Shown here: piece by piece, positions 26,073-38,745 of the stretch
Layout: every line of letters begins with the position of its first letter
How positions within the stretch are numbered: position 1 is the first letter of the stretch
Assembly: GCA_951406725.2 (NCBI GenBank)
Contig: OX597827.1
Location: forward strand, 38,874,001 to 38,938,000
Reading direction: 5' to 3'
Length of the DNA: 64,000 nucleotides
Source of the DNA: Octopus vulgaris
Lineage: Eukaryota
Program-made: the position numbers and the translations under genes
The notes under the pieces: model-generated
What the model saw: only the letters and a program-made list of their open reading frames with translations
The model's database searches: none
Told to the model about the DNA's origin: nothing

Positions 26073-26901
26073 TGCTTGTTGGAGATGCTTAATTTCCCTA
26101 TCCTTCAAGGATAAGAAGCTGGTCTTTGTCACAGAAAACTTGGTGCTGTGAGCTAACGAAATGTGTATTATCCTTATAATGCTGCCACTGTACACGGAAG
26201 TGAACTGGGCAAACCACTCTATCTTCTTGGAACCATATGAAGTTGGGGATTGAGCTCAGGTGTTTAGAGTTAAATGCCTTTAATATAAACATGCAGGTAT
26301 ACTAGCATATACTAATTTTCTCTAAAGAGAGAGAGAGTGAAAGAAAAATGAAAAATAAAGAGAGAAAAAAATGTTGACCTATCTGGAAGGATTTTCCTGT
26401 TACTTGAACCAAATCTAAAAAAAGGTTACAAAATATCAATAATTGTTTACCTTTCGAATAAGGAGTCAATTTGAAATAACATATTACCAAAGACATATCT
26501 TCACTACAGATGTGTGTCTGCATGTGTGTATGTAGAATGTGTAAAATCAAGACAAAAAAAAAAACTCATTATCAACTTATCTTTTGACTAACACAAAACT
26601 ATTTTGAACAAACCTTCCTTGATGAGAAATAGTTCATAAACAACTGCACTTAAAATTACACATCTATAATTGCAGTCGTAATGAATGTGAAGTAAAATGA
26701 ATTCAGTGAATCCATTCCCAAACCTCAAAAGCCCATAGGGTCTTTACATAATTCTGGGTTTTTATAATATTGAAGAGAGAGAGAGAGAGAGAATTCCTCT
26801 TGGGTATGAAGTTAGTGTATTGCAGATAATTTTCTCCTAAATCCTGGTCAGGTGCCTACTGTATATGCATTTGTAAAGAAGACTTAGCCTATCATCTAGC
26901 T

Positions 26902-27181
26902 CAATGGTTCCCAAAGTGGGCAGTATCCTCCCTCCCCAACTGGGGATGGTGGAAAGTTTCAAGGGGGTGTTGAAGAAAAGAAGGGCGATAATGGGGTAGC
27001 GATTTATGTAAAAACAACAGAATAATGGGCTCATTAGGTTAAGTTTTATATGTGAAATATAGTTGCTTTGAATTTGCTTCAGAAAGTGATCTATGTTTGT
27101 GATGGTTAGTTGGGGTGGGGGCACTAGGAATGTGGTCTGGGTGTCAAGGGGGTTGCAGCCTGCAAAGTTTGGAAACCACCG
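26902..27181. mobile_element. hAT-type MITE
   Basis: TIRs CAATGGTTCCCAAA / TTTGGAAACCACCG with a perfect 8-bp TSD ATCTAGCT (26894-26901, 27182-27189). Confidence 0.85.
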
Positions 27182-28159
27182 ATCTAGCTGAAGGATGCTC
27201 TTAGCAGAGTCCATTTTGTTGTAAGCACTGATGGGTGGATGGCCAAGTTTCTGGTCTGAAGAAAATTGCTTCAAGATATTGACTCCGTCACACATACCCT
27301 CTGCTAGCCACAGAACACCAAGAAAAGGCCATAAGCATTGACCTTTTTTCTTTATCTAAGCCTTATAAAAAAACTTCTAGCAACCCAATAGGAACTCCCC
27401 TATTCAGGTCCCATAAGAGCCAATTCTTAACTTGGATGGCTCCAACAAATGGGACATAACTTCCAATCCTTCTAACAGAATTCCAATTTATCTTGGAAAA
27501 CATTCCTGGTCAGTCTGTGACTGATTTCAGACGACTAAGTGAATTCAAGTAATGTAGAATAAAGTGTTCTACCGAAGAAACTGTTTACAAAATGTTTGCA
27601 ATAAATCTGAACTAATGAAGGCATATGTGTATAGGTGGGGAAGTTAAAAGTTAAAAATAATACTGATAATCTGAAAATTATTACATTTGATCTATAAAAT
27701 AGGAGACATCCACTCTTATTGACATAGAGCTGGTCTGTAAGTGGTCACTCAGCTTGCTAGAAATAGCTGCCAAGATCTCTCAAATCATACCGGTCAGTCT
27801 TAAAAGAAAATGGATGGAATAATATGATCCTACATACACTGTCTGAAATAAAGGTAAAAAGGTCACAATTGGAATGTCTTTGATTAAAAGTCTGCTATTC
27901 GGTGATCATCTGGAGTCAAACAATAAGCCTGTAATGTGGCTTTATATTTGTTATTCTGAGTTTCAGGATGTTTTTTTCATATTTGTTCTATTTTTAGTAT
28001 TTATTTTGAGACAGAAGGAGAGTGCTTTTAGATTTTACAGCTTTGGTGAATGTTAAGAGTTATAACATGAATGATGCAGTCCCCATAGATACAGGAAAAA
28101 CTCCAGCTAGAGCCAATCAAGAAACCCCACATATCCAGGATTACCGTGACCACCAAAAG

Positions 28160-28525
28160 CATAAGGTCTGAAATTTTGGGGGAGGAGCTAGATAATTATA
28201 TTGACCCCCAATGCTCAAATGGGTCTTAACCTCAAAAGGATGAAAGGCAAAGTCAATCTCAGTAAAATTTAACTCCGAGTGTAAAGACAGATAAAATGTT
28301 GCAAAGCAGTTTGCCCAGCATGCTAACAATTCTACTAACTCACTAATAATAATAATAATCCTTTCTACTAAAGGCACGAGACCAGAAATTTTGGGGAAAG
28401 GCACTAGTTGATTACATCGACTCCAGTGTTTCACTGGTACTTAAATTTATTGATTCCGAAAGGATGAAAGGCAAAGTTGACTTTGGCAAAATTTGAACTC
28501 AGAACGCAGTGATGTGCGAAATACC
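28160..28525 (-). mobile_element. Two tandem SINE family B copies
   Basis: Two AGGATGAAAGGCAAAGT blocks separated by (AAT)n. Confidence 0.85.
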
Positions 28526-29672
28526 GATAATAATACTAATTAGATATTTTATAAGTCTTAATAACCTTTGCTGTTTTTTGTATGCATTATATACTTCATT
28601 AATTATTATTTCTTGTTTTATTTAGATGCTAGAAATACATATAAAAAATTTCTTTGCAATTTTTAGTAATATAATACATTTATTTATTTTCTACCTAACT
28701 TAGAAAATTACCCTCTACCTAACTAAATAATTTAAATATATTTAAAGTGCAAAAAATACTTATAATCCAAAAGTAAAGGACAAAAAATTTTTTAAAAAAT
28801 GCCGCTATATCTTTAATTGATTTTGTGTAGTGTTACACATGGAATATATATTTTTTTCTTTTTCAAATTTATATTTGAGAAGTAAGTCTTAAAAATCAAG
28901 GCCAAGAGTTGTTAAGGTGCTGTTATTTTTTTTTAAAGAATTTCAATGCTTGTAAGTGTAATGTTTCTAAACTGTTGCAATATTTGTTCCTTGCATGAGT
29001 ATTTTGTAAGAAGTTTTTTTTTTTAATTAAGGAGGGGGATGAATTTGAAACAAATATTGCTTTGACACTAATTAAATGCATGTATTTCTGATTGTGGAGT
29101 AGCAGAGTTGGTACAGTAATGGACCTAAATGCATTGTGGGATTTAGTTATGCTTCCCTACATTATGAGGATAAGTCCCTCAGATCAATAAATTCACAGCA
29201 CACTACACAGTATTTTTGGATAACTTGAAATGTAAAGCATACAATTTTAACCTTGCTTTGAAAAGTAAACAAAAGTGGTCGTACTATAGGTTTTATCTCC
29301 CTGACAGTAGAAAATGTGGGATTAATCTGAGTAGTTTCTTGACCTTTTAAAGCTTCATCAGGAAAAGAAAACCTACTATTTTATAACGGGGGTGGGGGGT
29401 TAATTGCTCAATGCTATTTAAGGCGTATGCAAACTAGGACTTTATTATGAGTTTTTTAATGATAAATCTGTCCATTTTGGAACCAGAGTGCATCTGGTTC
29501 TTGTATGGGTTGTATATTTTTAGTGAGTGCTGCATTTGTGGTGTGTAGGTGAATTTGTTCTATGGCCTGGGTACTACAGTACTCGTTAATAACTGATGAT
29601 TGTTTTACATGCAGTATTTCCATATTTAAAGCTTCTTTAATGGATGAGACAGAACACATATATCACACCTAA

Positions 29673-29880
29673 TCATCATCATGATCATCATCGTTTAACG
29701 TCCACTTTCCATGCTAGCATGGGTTGGACGGTTCAACTGGGGTCTGGGGAGCCCGAAGGCTGCACCAGGCCAGTCAGATCTGGCAGTGTTTCTACAGCTG
29801 GATGCCCTTCCTAACGCCAACCACTCCGAGAGTGTAGTGGGTGATTTTATGTGCCACCGACACAGGTGCCAGACGAGGCT
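29673..29880 (-). mobile_element. SINE family C with RTE-like tail (others at about 23800-24055, 32805-32930, 35985-36125, 53240-53395, 60760-60880)
   Basis: (CAT)n-CGTTTAACGTCCACTTTCCATGCTAGCATGGGTTGG...GGATGCCCTTCCTAACGCCAACCAC. Confidence 0.85.
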
Positions 29881-30312
29881 GAAACTTTATAATTAGAATA
29901 TATTACAAAAAAAAACATCACAATGAAAAACAACTCAAAACCACAAATCAGTGTGTGTGTGTGTGTGTGTGTGTGTGTACATGCATGCAAACTTTGCAAG
30001 TCACACTAACTGGCCATATTTCTCGGCATATAATGACTTGCAGTTAGGTACTGCTGTCAATTTTATCAACTGTTTTCTCCTACTAAATGTATGGATCTGT
30101 GCCTATATCACAAATTCTTATATTAGAGTAGTGGATGGCAGAATGACTACCACATGTTTTATGCTGTGTACTATGCATGTACTTTTGACTATCATAGCTG
30201 TCATTTTTTACTTGATGCTTTCTGTCCTCTTTCTACCCTTTTCCAACAAGTTGTAGGTACACCTGAGTACTATATACATAAATGATAATAATAATAATAA
30301 TAATAATTGTTT

Positions 30313-30627
30313 TGTTGTTGTTGTTGTTTGTTCCTTCTCAAGCCACACCTGGCTCATAGGGCCAGTTTGATGTTTTCCTTGGCATATAGGTTCCCCACCT
30401 GGACGGGACGCTGGTCCGTCGCAGGTTGAGCTGCAAGATGCAGGAAGAAAGAGTGAGAGAAAGTTGTGGTGAAAGAGTCAGCAGAAGTTCGCCATTACCT
30501 TCTGCCGGAGCCGTGTGGAACTTAGGTGTTTTGCTCATAAACACACACATCGCTCGGTCTGAGATTCGAACCTGTGATCCTTCGACCGCGAGTTCACTGC
30601 TCTAACTACTAGACCATGTGCCTCCAC
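30313..30627 (-). mobile_element. tRNA-derived SINE with L2/V-SINE-like 3' motif and (AAC)n tail
   Basis: Minus head GTGGAGGCACATGGTCTAGTAGTTAGAGC..AGGTTCGAATCTC; CCTGCGACGGACCAGCGTCCCGTCCAGG motif; flanked by AAT repeats. Confidence 0.85.
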
Positions 30628-30670
<43 letters not shown>

Positions 30671-30980
30671 GAATTATGCCTTGCAGCATGTAGTTGTATC
30701 ATCTGAGTTCAAATCCCACTGGGATTGACTGACTTTTCATCCTTCCAAGGTTGATAAATGAAGCACAAAATTACAAATTTTGGCTGAAAGGTGTCTGTCA
30801 CTGATTAAACTGAATCCAAATTATGTCTGTATTATACTAATGGAAGAGGAATTACATTTGACAAAAAATATTGTTTGTCCCTCTTTTTGACCAGTGCAGA
30901 CACAGTTGCGGCTCAGGAAGATGTGAGGTGAGTGAGTCATGTGGACAATATTTTGTTAGTAAATTTAGAAGAAAGGATTA

Positions 30981-31078
<98 letters not shown>

Positions 31079-31080
31079 TC
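30981..31080. repeat. (GA)n-(GT)n compound microsatellite
   Basis: Direct inspection. Confidence 0.95.
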
Positions 31081-34000
31081 TATGCTCACAGCTTGGTAGT
31101 AAGCAAGTGTTTGCCAAGAGTTAAGTGAAGATTTGCTACATGTGGTTATAAAGTCTTGGAAGTAAATGGTCACAGGTGTGAGTACAGTACTTCAGTGTAG
31201 TTTTGCATCCCCTATAAGGGCCAGCAGCATTGGGGGCTGGCTGAAGTATTTTTCATGCAGTGAATGTTAAGTTGAAGGATGATAACTGTGAGCAAGACCT
31301 ATAGAATTTATGAATTAAAAAAACCATCATAAAAACCACAATAATAATTACAACCATGAGCAAAACCTATAGAATTTATAAATATAAATACCATTGCAAA
31401 ACCTAGCAACATCATAGGCTATGAAAGATCTTATCATCAAGAATGACTAAGGGTTTTGAAGGAGAGGCTAGCAGCACTTAAAAGAGTTAATAGCTTTAAC
31501 CTTTCTCACTTGTAGACATCTCACTTGAAATAATTTTTAACTAAAATATATAAAATGTATACAAAATGTCAAAATCTTACGAAGCAGTGAAAAGGTCACA
31601 GACTGCACAAATGTAAATGTAAAAGATTAAGAAAAAAAGCCTCTCGATAAAATACAGTTTGTGAAGAATATTCGTAAAACAAAATCTCAATAACAGTTTT
31701 GGTGTTTGCTATAGTTTTGGTTTTAATGATTTCCTTAGGTAGAAAAGTAAGAATTGCAAAAGATGGACTGTGGGCAGTCTAAATAATAGCTTTATTTAGA
31801 CTAAGATTAAAATTTCTAAATATAAGACTTTGGAAATAAAAAAATGTCTCCTCTGAAGGATCTCTGGAGTAAAGTTACTTGATATGGTGTGTAGCTTAGA
31901 GATCAGGGAGTTTCTCCAGGTCAACCTGCTATTTTTCTACACTGAGAGGTTACAGCTCTGGGGTAAGGACACATGGTCAGAGTGCCACAGGAAAGGATGG
32001 CTCACAAGATAAATTCTTCAAGCGAAGCTGTACCGCAGGAGACTTAAGGGTTGACCAAGATTAAGATGGTTAAATAATATCCATAGTCTCAGCTGGTTAC
32101 ACTTGGGAATTATGTAGGAAATTGTAATGACAGTTGCTTCTGTTAGGACCCTATGGAGGAGGTGCCTCAGGACTCAAACTCCACAACCTCATCAGGAGTA
32201 GTGGGCAATAAAAATGGAAGGATGGAAAATATTTCATACCATTAACAGATTTTTTGGGGGTGTCCCTTAGAATGTCTTATCTCAAGTCCATTTTCAGTGG
32301 TTGACTTAATTTGTTGTTCAGCTTAACACTATCACCTGATCATTAAGCACAATTTTTTGTAAGAAATTGCAATCATATACAAGGAATAAGAAAGAGTAAG
32401 TGAAAAGGATGAAGTGAGTTGGGTAGGAACTGAAAGATTACTATTTGAGTTGAGATGACAACAAAATAGGTAATGTAACAGTTACATCTTTCTAAAGAAC
32501 ATTAACAAAATGAAACAGCTTTGACCAAGAACCAAATTTAGTCATAGATTTGGTTAAAACAAGAGTTTGTCAACTGCACAATATTACTCATACAATGCCA
32601 TCAAATAATTGCCATAAACTTGATAAACTGTGAAATTAATATTCTAACCAAGTGTTCTACTGTTCAATATCTTGCTCAATAATGGGAAAGTGAAATCTAA
32701 AAATGTAAATGATAGATGATTTGAACACTTAATTCCCAAAGGATGGGCTTGATTTTCCTATTATTTCTCTGTCTACATGGTCACTGCCATGTTACATCGC
32801 CATCGTCGTTCTAACACCCACTTTTCCATACCTGCATAGGTCAGACGGAATTTATTGAGGCAAATTTTCTAAGGTCAAATGCCCTTCCTGTCACCAGCTC
32901 TCTTGTTTCCAAGCAAGGTAATATTTCCCCACGAACTGACACTTCTTGGATAACAGAGGAACTCATTTACAACTATCATATGATGCCAAAACAAGGAGCC
33001 ACAAACACACACATGATGGGCTTCTTACAATTTCCATTGACCAAATCTACTCACAAGGCTCTTGTTGGCCTGGGGCTATAGAAGAAGCCATGCAGTTAGG
33101 AAGCAAACTTCTTAACCATCTATCCATGCCTGTGCATTTAAATAAACCTCTTCCAACCTCAAAAACAAAATCTGTAATCCTTCAATCTACCTGCAACTTT
33201 TTTTACCAGCTCCTGAGGCCTACTTTTGTTTATAACAACTGAATTTCTTCATTAACAGCTATTGTAGCCCATTAACAATAATTTCAAGATGATTGGTAGT
33301 GGTTTATTTGAACAACAGACCTGCTTTTATATATACATACACATCTTTCTGTACATATTGTATTTTAACTGAAACCAATGAATGTTTAAATATCTTAAAT
33401 TATTTTTATCTTCATCTCATATGAGTCTGACTATTTCTGCTAACTTGCATTGCTAATTAATTTCTTTAGAAAAAAAATAAGGGAAAAAAAAGAGGGGTGA
33501 TACCTTATTTCTATTCTATTTTTTCCCTCCATCCCTAAGCATTTTAAAACTACTTCATCCTTTCCTATTAATTAAACCGTCTTTTGTTTTACTCACTCAT
33601 GATTTACATTATCAATATAGCTAACCCCTTAGTATCCGTAACACAGTAGTGTAAGAACTATACATACAAGAGCAGTAATTTTTAACCTTTGCAGATAAAT
33701 GACCCTGTGTTAAACTGTAGCTAATTTTGCACAGCAGTTTACTATAAGAATTTTCCTATAACTATCCAGCCCAGCATGAACCTCTTTTTAGCTATTTGCA
33801 TAGACTACTGTCCCTTTTATGGAAATTACTGAAAGAACTGAGGACTTGTATAACACAGTTATATCGGTCCTTGGTTCATCAACTGTCAGATTTCTGCTCA
33901 CTAACAACACAATGCCCTACACATGTTTCAATCTTGGCAAAGACTTGTTTTGAAAATGTGTCTAAAATATAAATATTGTACTTGTTTTAAATGTTTTATT

Positions 34001-35261
34001 TCCAAGAGAAATCATGATACTGCCAAACACCTAGCACACTCCAGGGTGCCCCCTTATGAGCTTACAAAGTGCCCCAAGGTAGTGCTACTGCCCAGATTAA
34101 GAACAGCTAAGAGAGAATACAGTAATGTACTTTGCCATAGTTATGACTGATGCAAGAAAGTGTGTCTTGTCTTAGAGATATTCCCTAGTATTCATAATGC
34201 TAATGGTATTAATATAGAGTAGAATAGATTATATAAGGCTTTAACCTAGTAGCATCTATTAATGAAATTAAATATGTTAGATACCTTTAGTGTTCAGATT
34301 ACTCTGTCAAAATATAATGCTTATTTATTCGCACTGTTTTAAATTAATCATGTATTATCTTGTAGCTTCAAGGTTTTGACATGATTATTTACTTTTAGAA
34401 TTACACTGTAAGGTAGGTGTGAAAGGCTGGCTCTGGCTGCTTTGAGCATTAAACTGGTAGAATATTTTGGCCGGATATAACCAGTTTAAATGTTAGAGGA
34501 TTGACCAGTTTCAAAACTAAGTCTTTGAAAAAGTATTTTTATTCAGCCATTATGACAAGCCTAACGGATGTCCCTATATGCTGATTACGACAATCAGACA
34601 GGATTCTTGCATGCAAAAGGGTTAAATTACTTCGTTATTTCTTCACTAAATCGTTCTGCTTATCTTATTTTATTTGAAAGCTACTAGAAATACTTTGAAA
34701 ACCATCAACAAGTACTATTTATAACAGACTAATTTTTAAATAGGTCAGTTTCATAGATTTCGCATACTAGTGAGGTTTTTGCACAAAGCTACTACTACTT
34801 TGGTGCAACTTTTACACAATATAAAATTTTTAATTTAAAATTTATCCCAGAAAGGCTGTGGAATGTGAAATTATATGATATTATACTTATAAGCACCAAT
34901 TTGAGACAGAAAAGAGCAATAGGACTACTAACAGGATTAAAACATCATTGTTTCTTGTCAGGCAATAGTGTTAGTTAAATGTAGGCTTCTTGTTTTCTCA
35001 TTCAAATTCCTATTTATAATTTATCATTTAAATTGAATTATTAGCAATTAATTCATGATGATATTATTTATGTTTAAAAAAAAGTAACTTCCAAAACTAT
35101 GAACATTTATTAGAAAAAATATAAAATTACTAAAAAAAAAGTTATGATGCCTGAAATTATTTATTTTCTTAAAAATCTATAAAATATGAAATTATTAATT
35201 ATTTTAAACAAAAACTGTGAGAAATGAAACTATTCCAAAACAGAAGAAAAAAGAAACAAAT

Positions 35262-35640
35262 AGGTGCAAGAGTGGCTGTGTGGTAAGTAGCTTGCTTACG
35301 AACCACATGGTTCCAGGTTCAGTCCCACTGCGTGGCACCTTGGGCAAGTGTCTTCTACTAGAGCCTCGGGTCGACCAAAGCCTTGTGAGTAGATTTGGTA
35401 GACGGAAACTGAAAGAAGCCCATCGTATATACGTATATATGTGTGTGTGTGTGTGTATGTTTGTTTGTGTTTATCCCTCAACATCGCTTGACAACCGATG
35501 CTGTGTATTTATGTCCCCGTAACTTATGGTTCAGCAAAAGAGTCCAATAAAATAAGTACTAGGCTTACAAAGAATAAGTCCTGTGGTCGATTTACTCGAC
35601 TAAAGGCCACAGTCAAATGACTGAAACAAGTAAAAGAGTA
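35262..35640 (+). mobile_element. SINE family A (followed by a partial copy at about 35746-35910)
   Basis: Full head-to-tail match to family A. Confidence 0.9.
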
Positions 35641-37545
35641 ACTATGGAAAACGGAAATATATATTTTTAAAAAATCCGAGAAATATAAAATTATTTATTA
35701 AAAAAAAATTGAGATATGAAATTAGGTGCAGGTGTAACTAGGCTTAGGCATGGTTGTGTATTTAAGAAACTTGCTTCCCAATATGTGGTCTCAGGTTCTG
35801 TCCCACTGTGCGGCACACTGGGTAAGTGTCTTCTATAGTTTCAAGCCAACCAAAACCTTGGGAGTGGATTTGGTAGATAGAAACTGAAAGAAGCCCATTT
35901 TATATGTTTGTGTGTACAACTTTGTTTTGTCATCATGTGAGGCTTTTAAACAAGCATCACAGACTTATAAACAATGTCATTCATTTCCAGTCTTCCACCA
36001 AAAACATGGTGAAATATTACCCTGCTTGGAAACAGGTGAGAGTTGGCAACAGGAAAGGCATCCAGCCATAGAAAAATCTGACTGATGCAAACATAGAAAA
36101 GTGGATGTTAAATGATGATGATGAAGTTTGAAATTATTTACTAAATAAATATGAAACATGACCATCTCTTTTGAATTTTAAGTATAATTAGATAAAAGAA
36201 GAGAACAGTTTTTTTCAATGGTTTTAGTTTTTGTCTGTAAAACTCAATATTGTTTGATTTTAATAAATATTACAAATGGGAAATTACAAATCCTCTTCCC
36301 CTCTCTAAGATTATTTTTATTTAAAAAAAAGTTTTATTATTATTTTTCTCATACATTTCAAATAGATAAATCAAAATTCAACAAATAAAAAACAAAAATC
36401 TCCAAAATAAAAAAGAAAAAACAAACAAAAGGACCACAACTAAAAACTGAAATATTTTAAAGTAATTGAATTAAATTTGCTATATTTTTTTCTCTTTGTT
36501 TGAATTCAATTTAAATTTATAAAATATTTTTTAATTCAAGCCCTCACTCTTTCAAAATTTCAACAATGAGCAAAAAAAAAAACTGGTCCTATTATATACG
36601 CACACACACAAATACATATATATATATATATATATATATACCCACACATACATATACAAAAACACACACACATGCACACACATCTGTAATGTATCAAAAA
36701 CGAAATTTGGCTAAGTAATACGTCAAAGTTCAATGAACAATTGCTGTTCAATAAAGTTTCTTTTTCTATTGGTTTAACTTGAAGTAAAATCAACTTTTTT
36801 TTATTATGATTTTGCATTAAAAAGTTGTTCCAAAAACAAAATTCTCTGTTTTATGCTGTTGATAAAACGATAAGGGTAAAAATAAAATGAAAAGAAAAGA
36901 AAAAAAACTCCCAGTTTCCTAATACATGTATATTAGTGTGTGCATATGTATGTGTGTGTGTGTTCACATGTGCAGTGGAGTTAAGGACTGGTTATCCTTG
37001 GAACTTTTTGTTCCTGTTGAATATAAAAGGATTCTTTCTTCCCTGCTCTCTCTTTCTCCCACTTGCCCCTTCGCCCCTCTCTCTCTGTACAAAATTTAGA
37101 CTGTATGAAGTGTATATAAGCAGTATGACGCTAGATGTGGGCAATGAATAAGTAACATCTGCAGAAACTGGAAAGAAACGAGAGACACATGATCTGTTGG
37201 ATGTGAAACATTAATTTGCACGCATAAGAAGCAGAGCAGAAGTGAGCCGAGAAATCAACAGAGCATTAAAGACAATCAGATGATGTATGCAGCAGAGATG
37301 AAGTGAGCCAATAGGGATACGTTGTGTGGTTGTACGAAAGTCAATGGATTGTGGGTAAGAAATATTGTATGTTGCTGGTGGGAAGTTACCTGTGGCAGAA
37401 GATGAGCAATGAGCAACTGGGGGTGGTGGGGTGGGGGTGAATGATGAGGTCAGATATGGGACTCATACATATGATAAAAATAAAAAGACCCCCCCCCCCC
37501 AAAAAAAAACCCAACATGGAAAAATAACACCAAAACTTTTTAATA

Positions 37546-37945
37546 AGGCTTGTGTGGTTAAGAAGCTTGCTTTGCAACCAAGTGGTTTTGGGTTCAGTCC
37601 CACTGGATGGCACCTCACACAAGTAAGTGTCTTCTACTATAGGCTTGGGTCAACCAATGCCTTGCAAGTGAATTTGGTAAACAGACACAGTGTGGAAGCC
37701 TGTTGTGTATATGTATGTATGTGTGTATGTAACTCTGCATCTGTGTTTGCTCCCCCTACCATCACTGCTTCATAACTGGCATTGGTTTGTTTATGTCCCT
37801 GTAGTTTGGCAAAAGAGATGATAGAATAAGTATGAGCCTTAAAAAATAAAATAAAAAGAGTGCTGCTGTTGATTTGTTCAACTAAGTCCTTCAAAGCAGT
37901 GCTCTAGCATGGCTGCAGTCCAATGACTGAAACAAGTAAAAGGTA
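37546..37945 (+). mobile_element. SINE family A (diverged)
   Basis: TGTGTGGTTAAGAAGCTTGC head through GCATGGCTGCAGTCCAATGACTGAAACAAG tail. Confidence 0.85.
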
Positions 37946-38457
37946 AAAAATAAAAAAAAAGATGTATGTTTACAATACAATGTCCACTTTTTTTTTTTTT
38001 GCCGGCATAGGTTGGACAAGTTGTCTCTTGTCACATTCTATACCATCTCCCAGACATAAGAAGAGAGAAAACCCAGTCAACTTTGTTATTGTATAGGTCT
38101 ATAGTGAAGAATAAGTGCATTTCATTATATCACCAGCATAAGAGAGAGTTGTCATATGTAGGAGGAATAAAGAATTCCCTCTACCTTGTATCAGTTCTTA
38201 TTAAGTGTTACTGCCCGCTGTGGCTCTCCATGGTTCTTTGACTTGCCATCCACTTATAGTCCTTGCCACTCAGTGTCAACAGCCATAATCCTTATAAGTC
38301 TTACTACTACTGCAGTCTTTGTTATATGGGGATTTAGCTAACAAGCAAAATATCTTAGAAGAGTCACTATAATGACAGAGGATTCTCTTTCATAATCACA
38401 AAATACATGCTCATATATATAAACAGCTACAAACACACCCACCCACACAAACATGTG

Positions 38458-38745
38458 AGCAGGCATTGCCTAGCGGTTAGGCATTGCCCTCATGATTGTG
38501 ATATCGTGGTTTCCATTCATAGACCAGATGGTCATTGTGATCTCAAGCAAAGCACTTCCTCTAGTGTTGCTCTGTGATCTTGACACATGATGTGTGTGGT
38601 ACACTGTGTATCTGTACAGGCAGTGCTGATTTTAATAGAGGAAAGGAGCTAATGTACAGCATAGACATTTGATCATTATAAACAAATCATTTGTGCAGGT
38701 TATTTAAGTGGGAAATTGCAGAACTGTCTTTCTTCAACTACGAGA
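38458..38745 (+). mobile_element. tRNA-derived SINE of another family (inverted partial at about 14340-14460; related head at about 21860-21995)
   Basis: GCCTAGCGGTTAG head. TATAAACAAATCATTTGTGCA is shared in reverse with about 14376-14396. Confidence 0.65.

Noticed and set aside
26837-27295. 152-aa ORF
   Set aside because: Runs across a hAT MITE with TSDs; no recognisable domain.
29325-29366. CTGATGA..GAAA-CTAC-TC on the minus strand
   Set aside because: Stems I and II do not pair convincingly; at most a heavily decayed relic.
30545-30627. tRNA gene candidate
   Set aside because: A/B boxes are present, but the acceptor stem is not closed and it continues into a SINE body.
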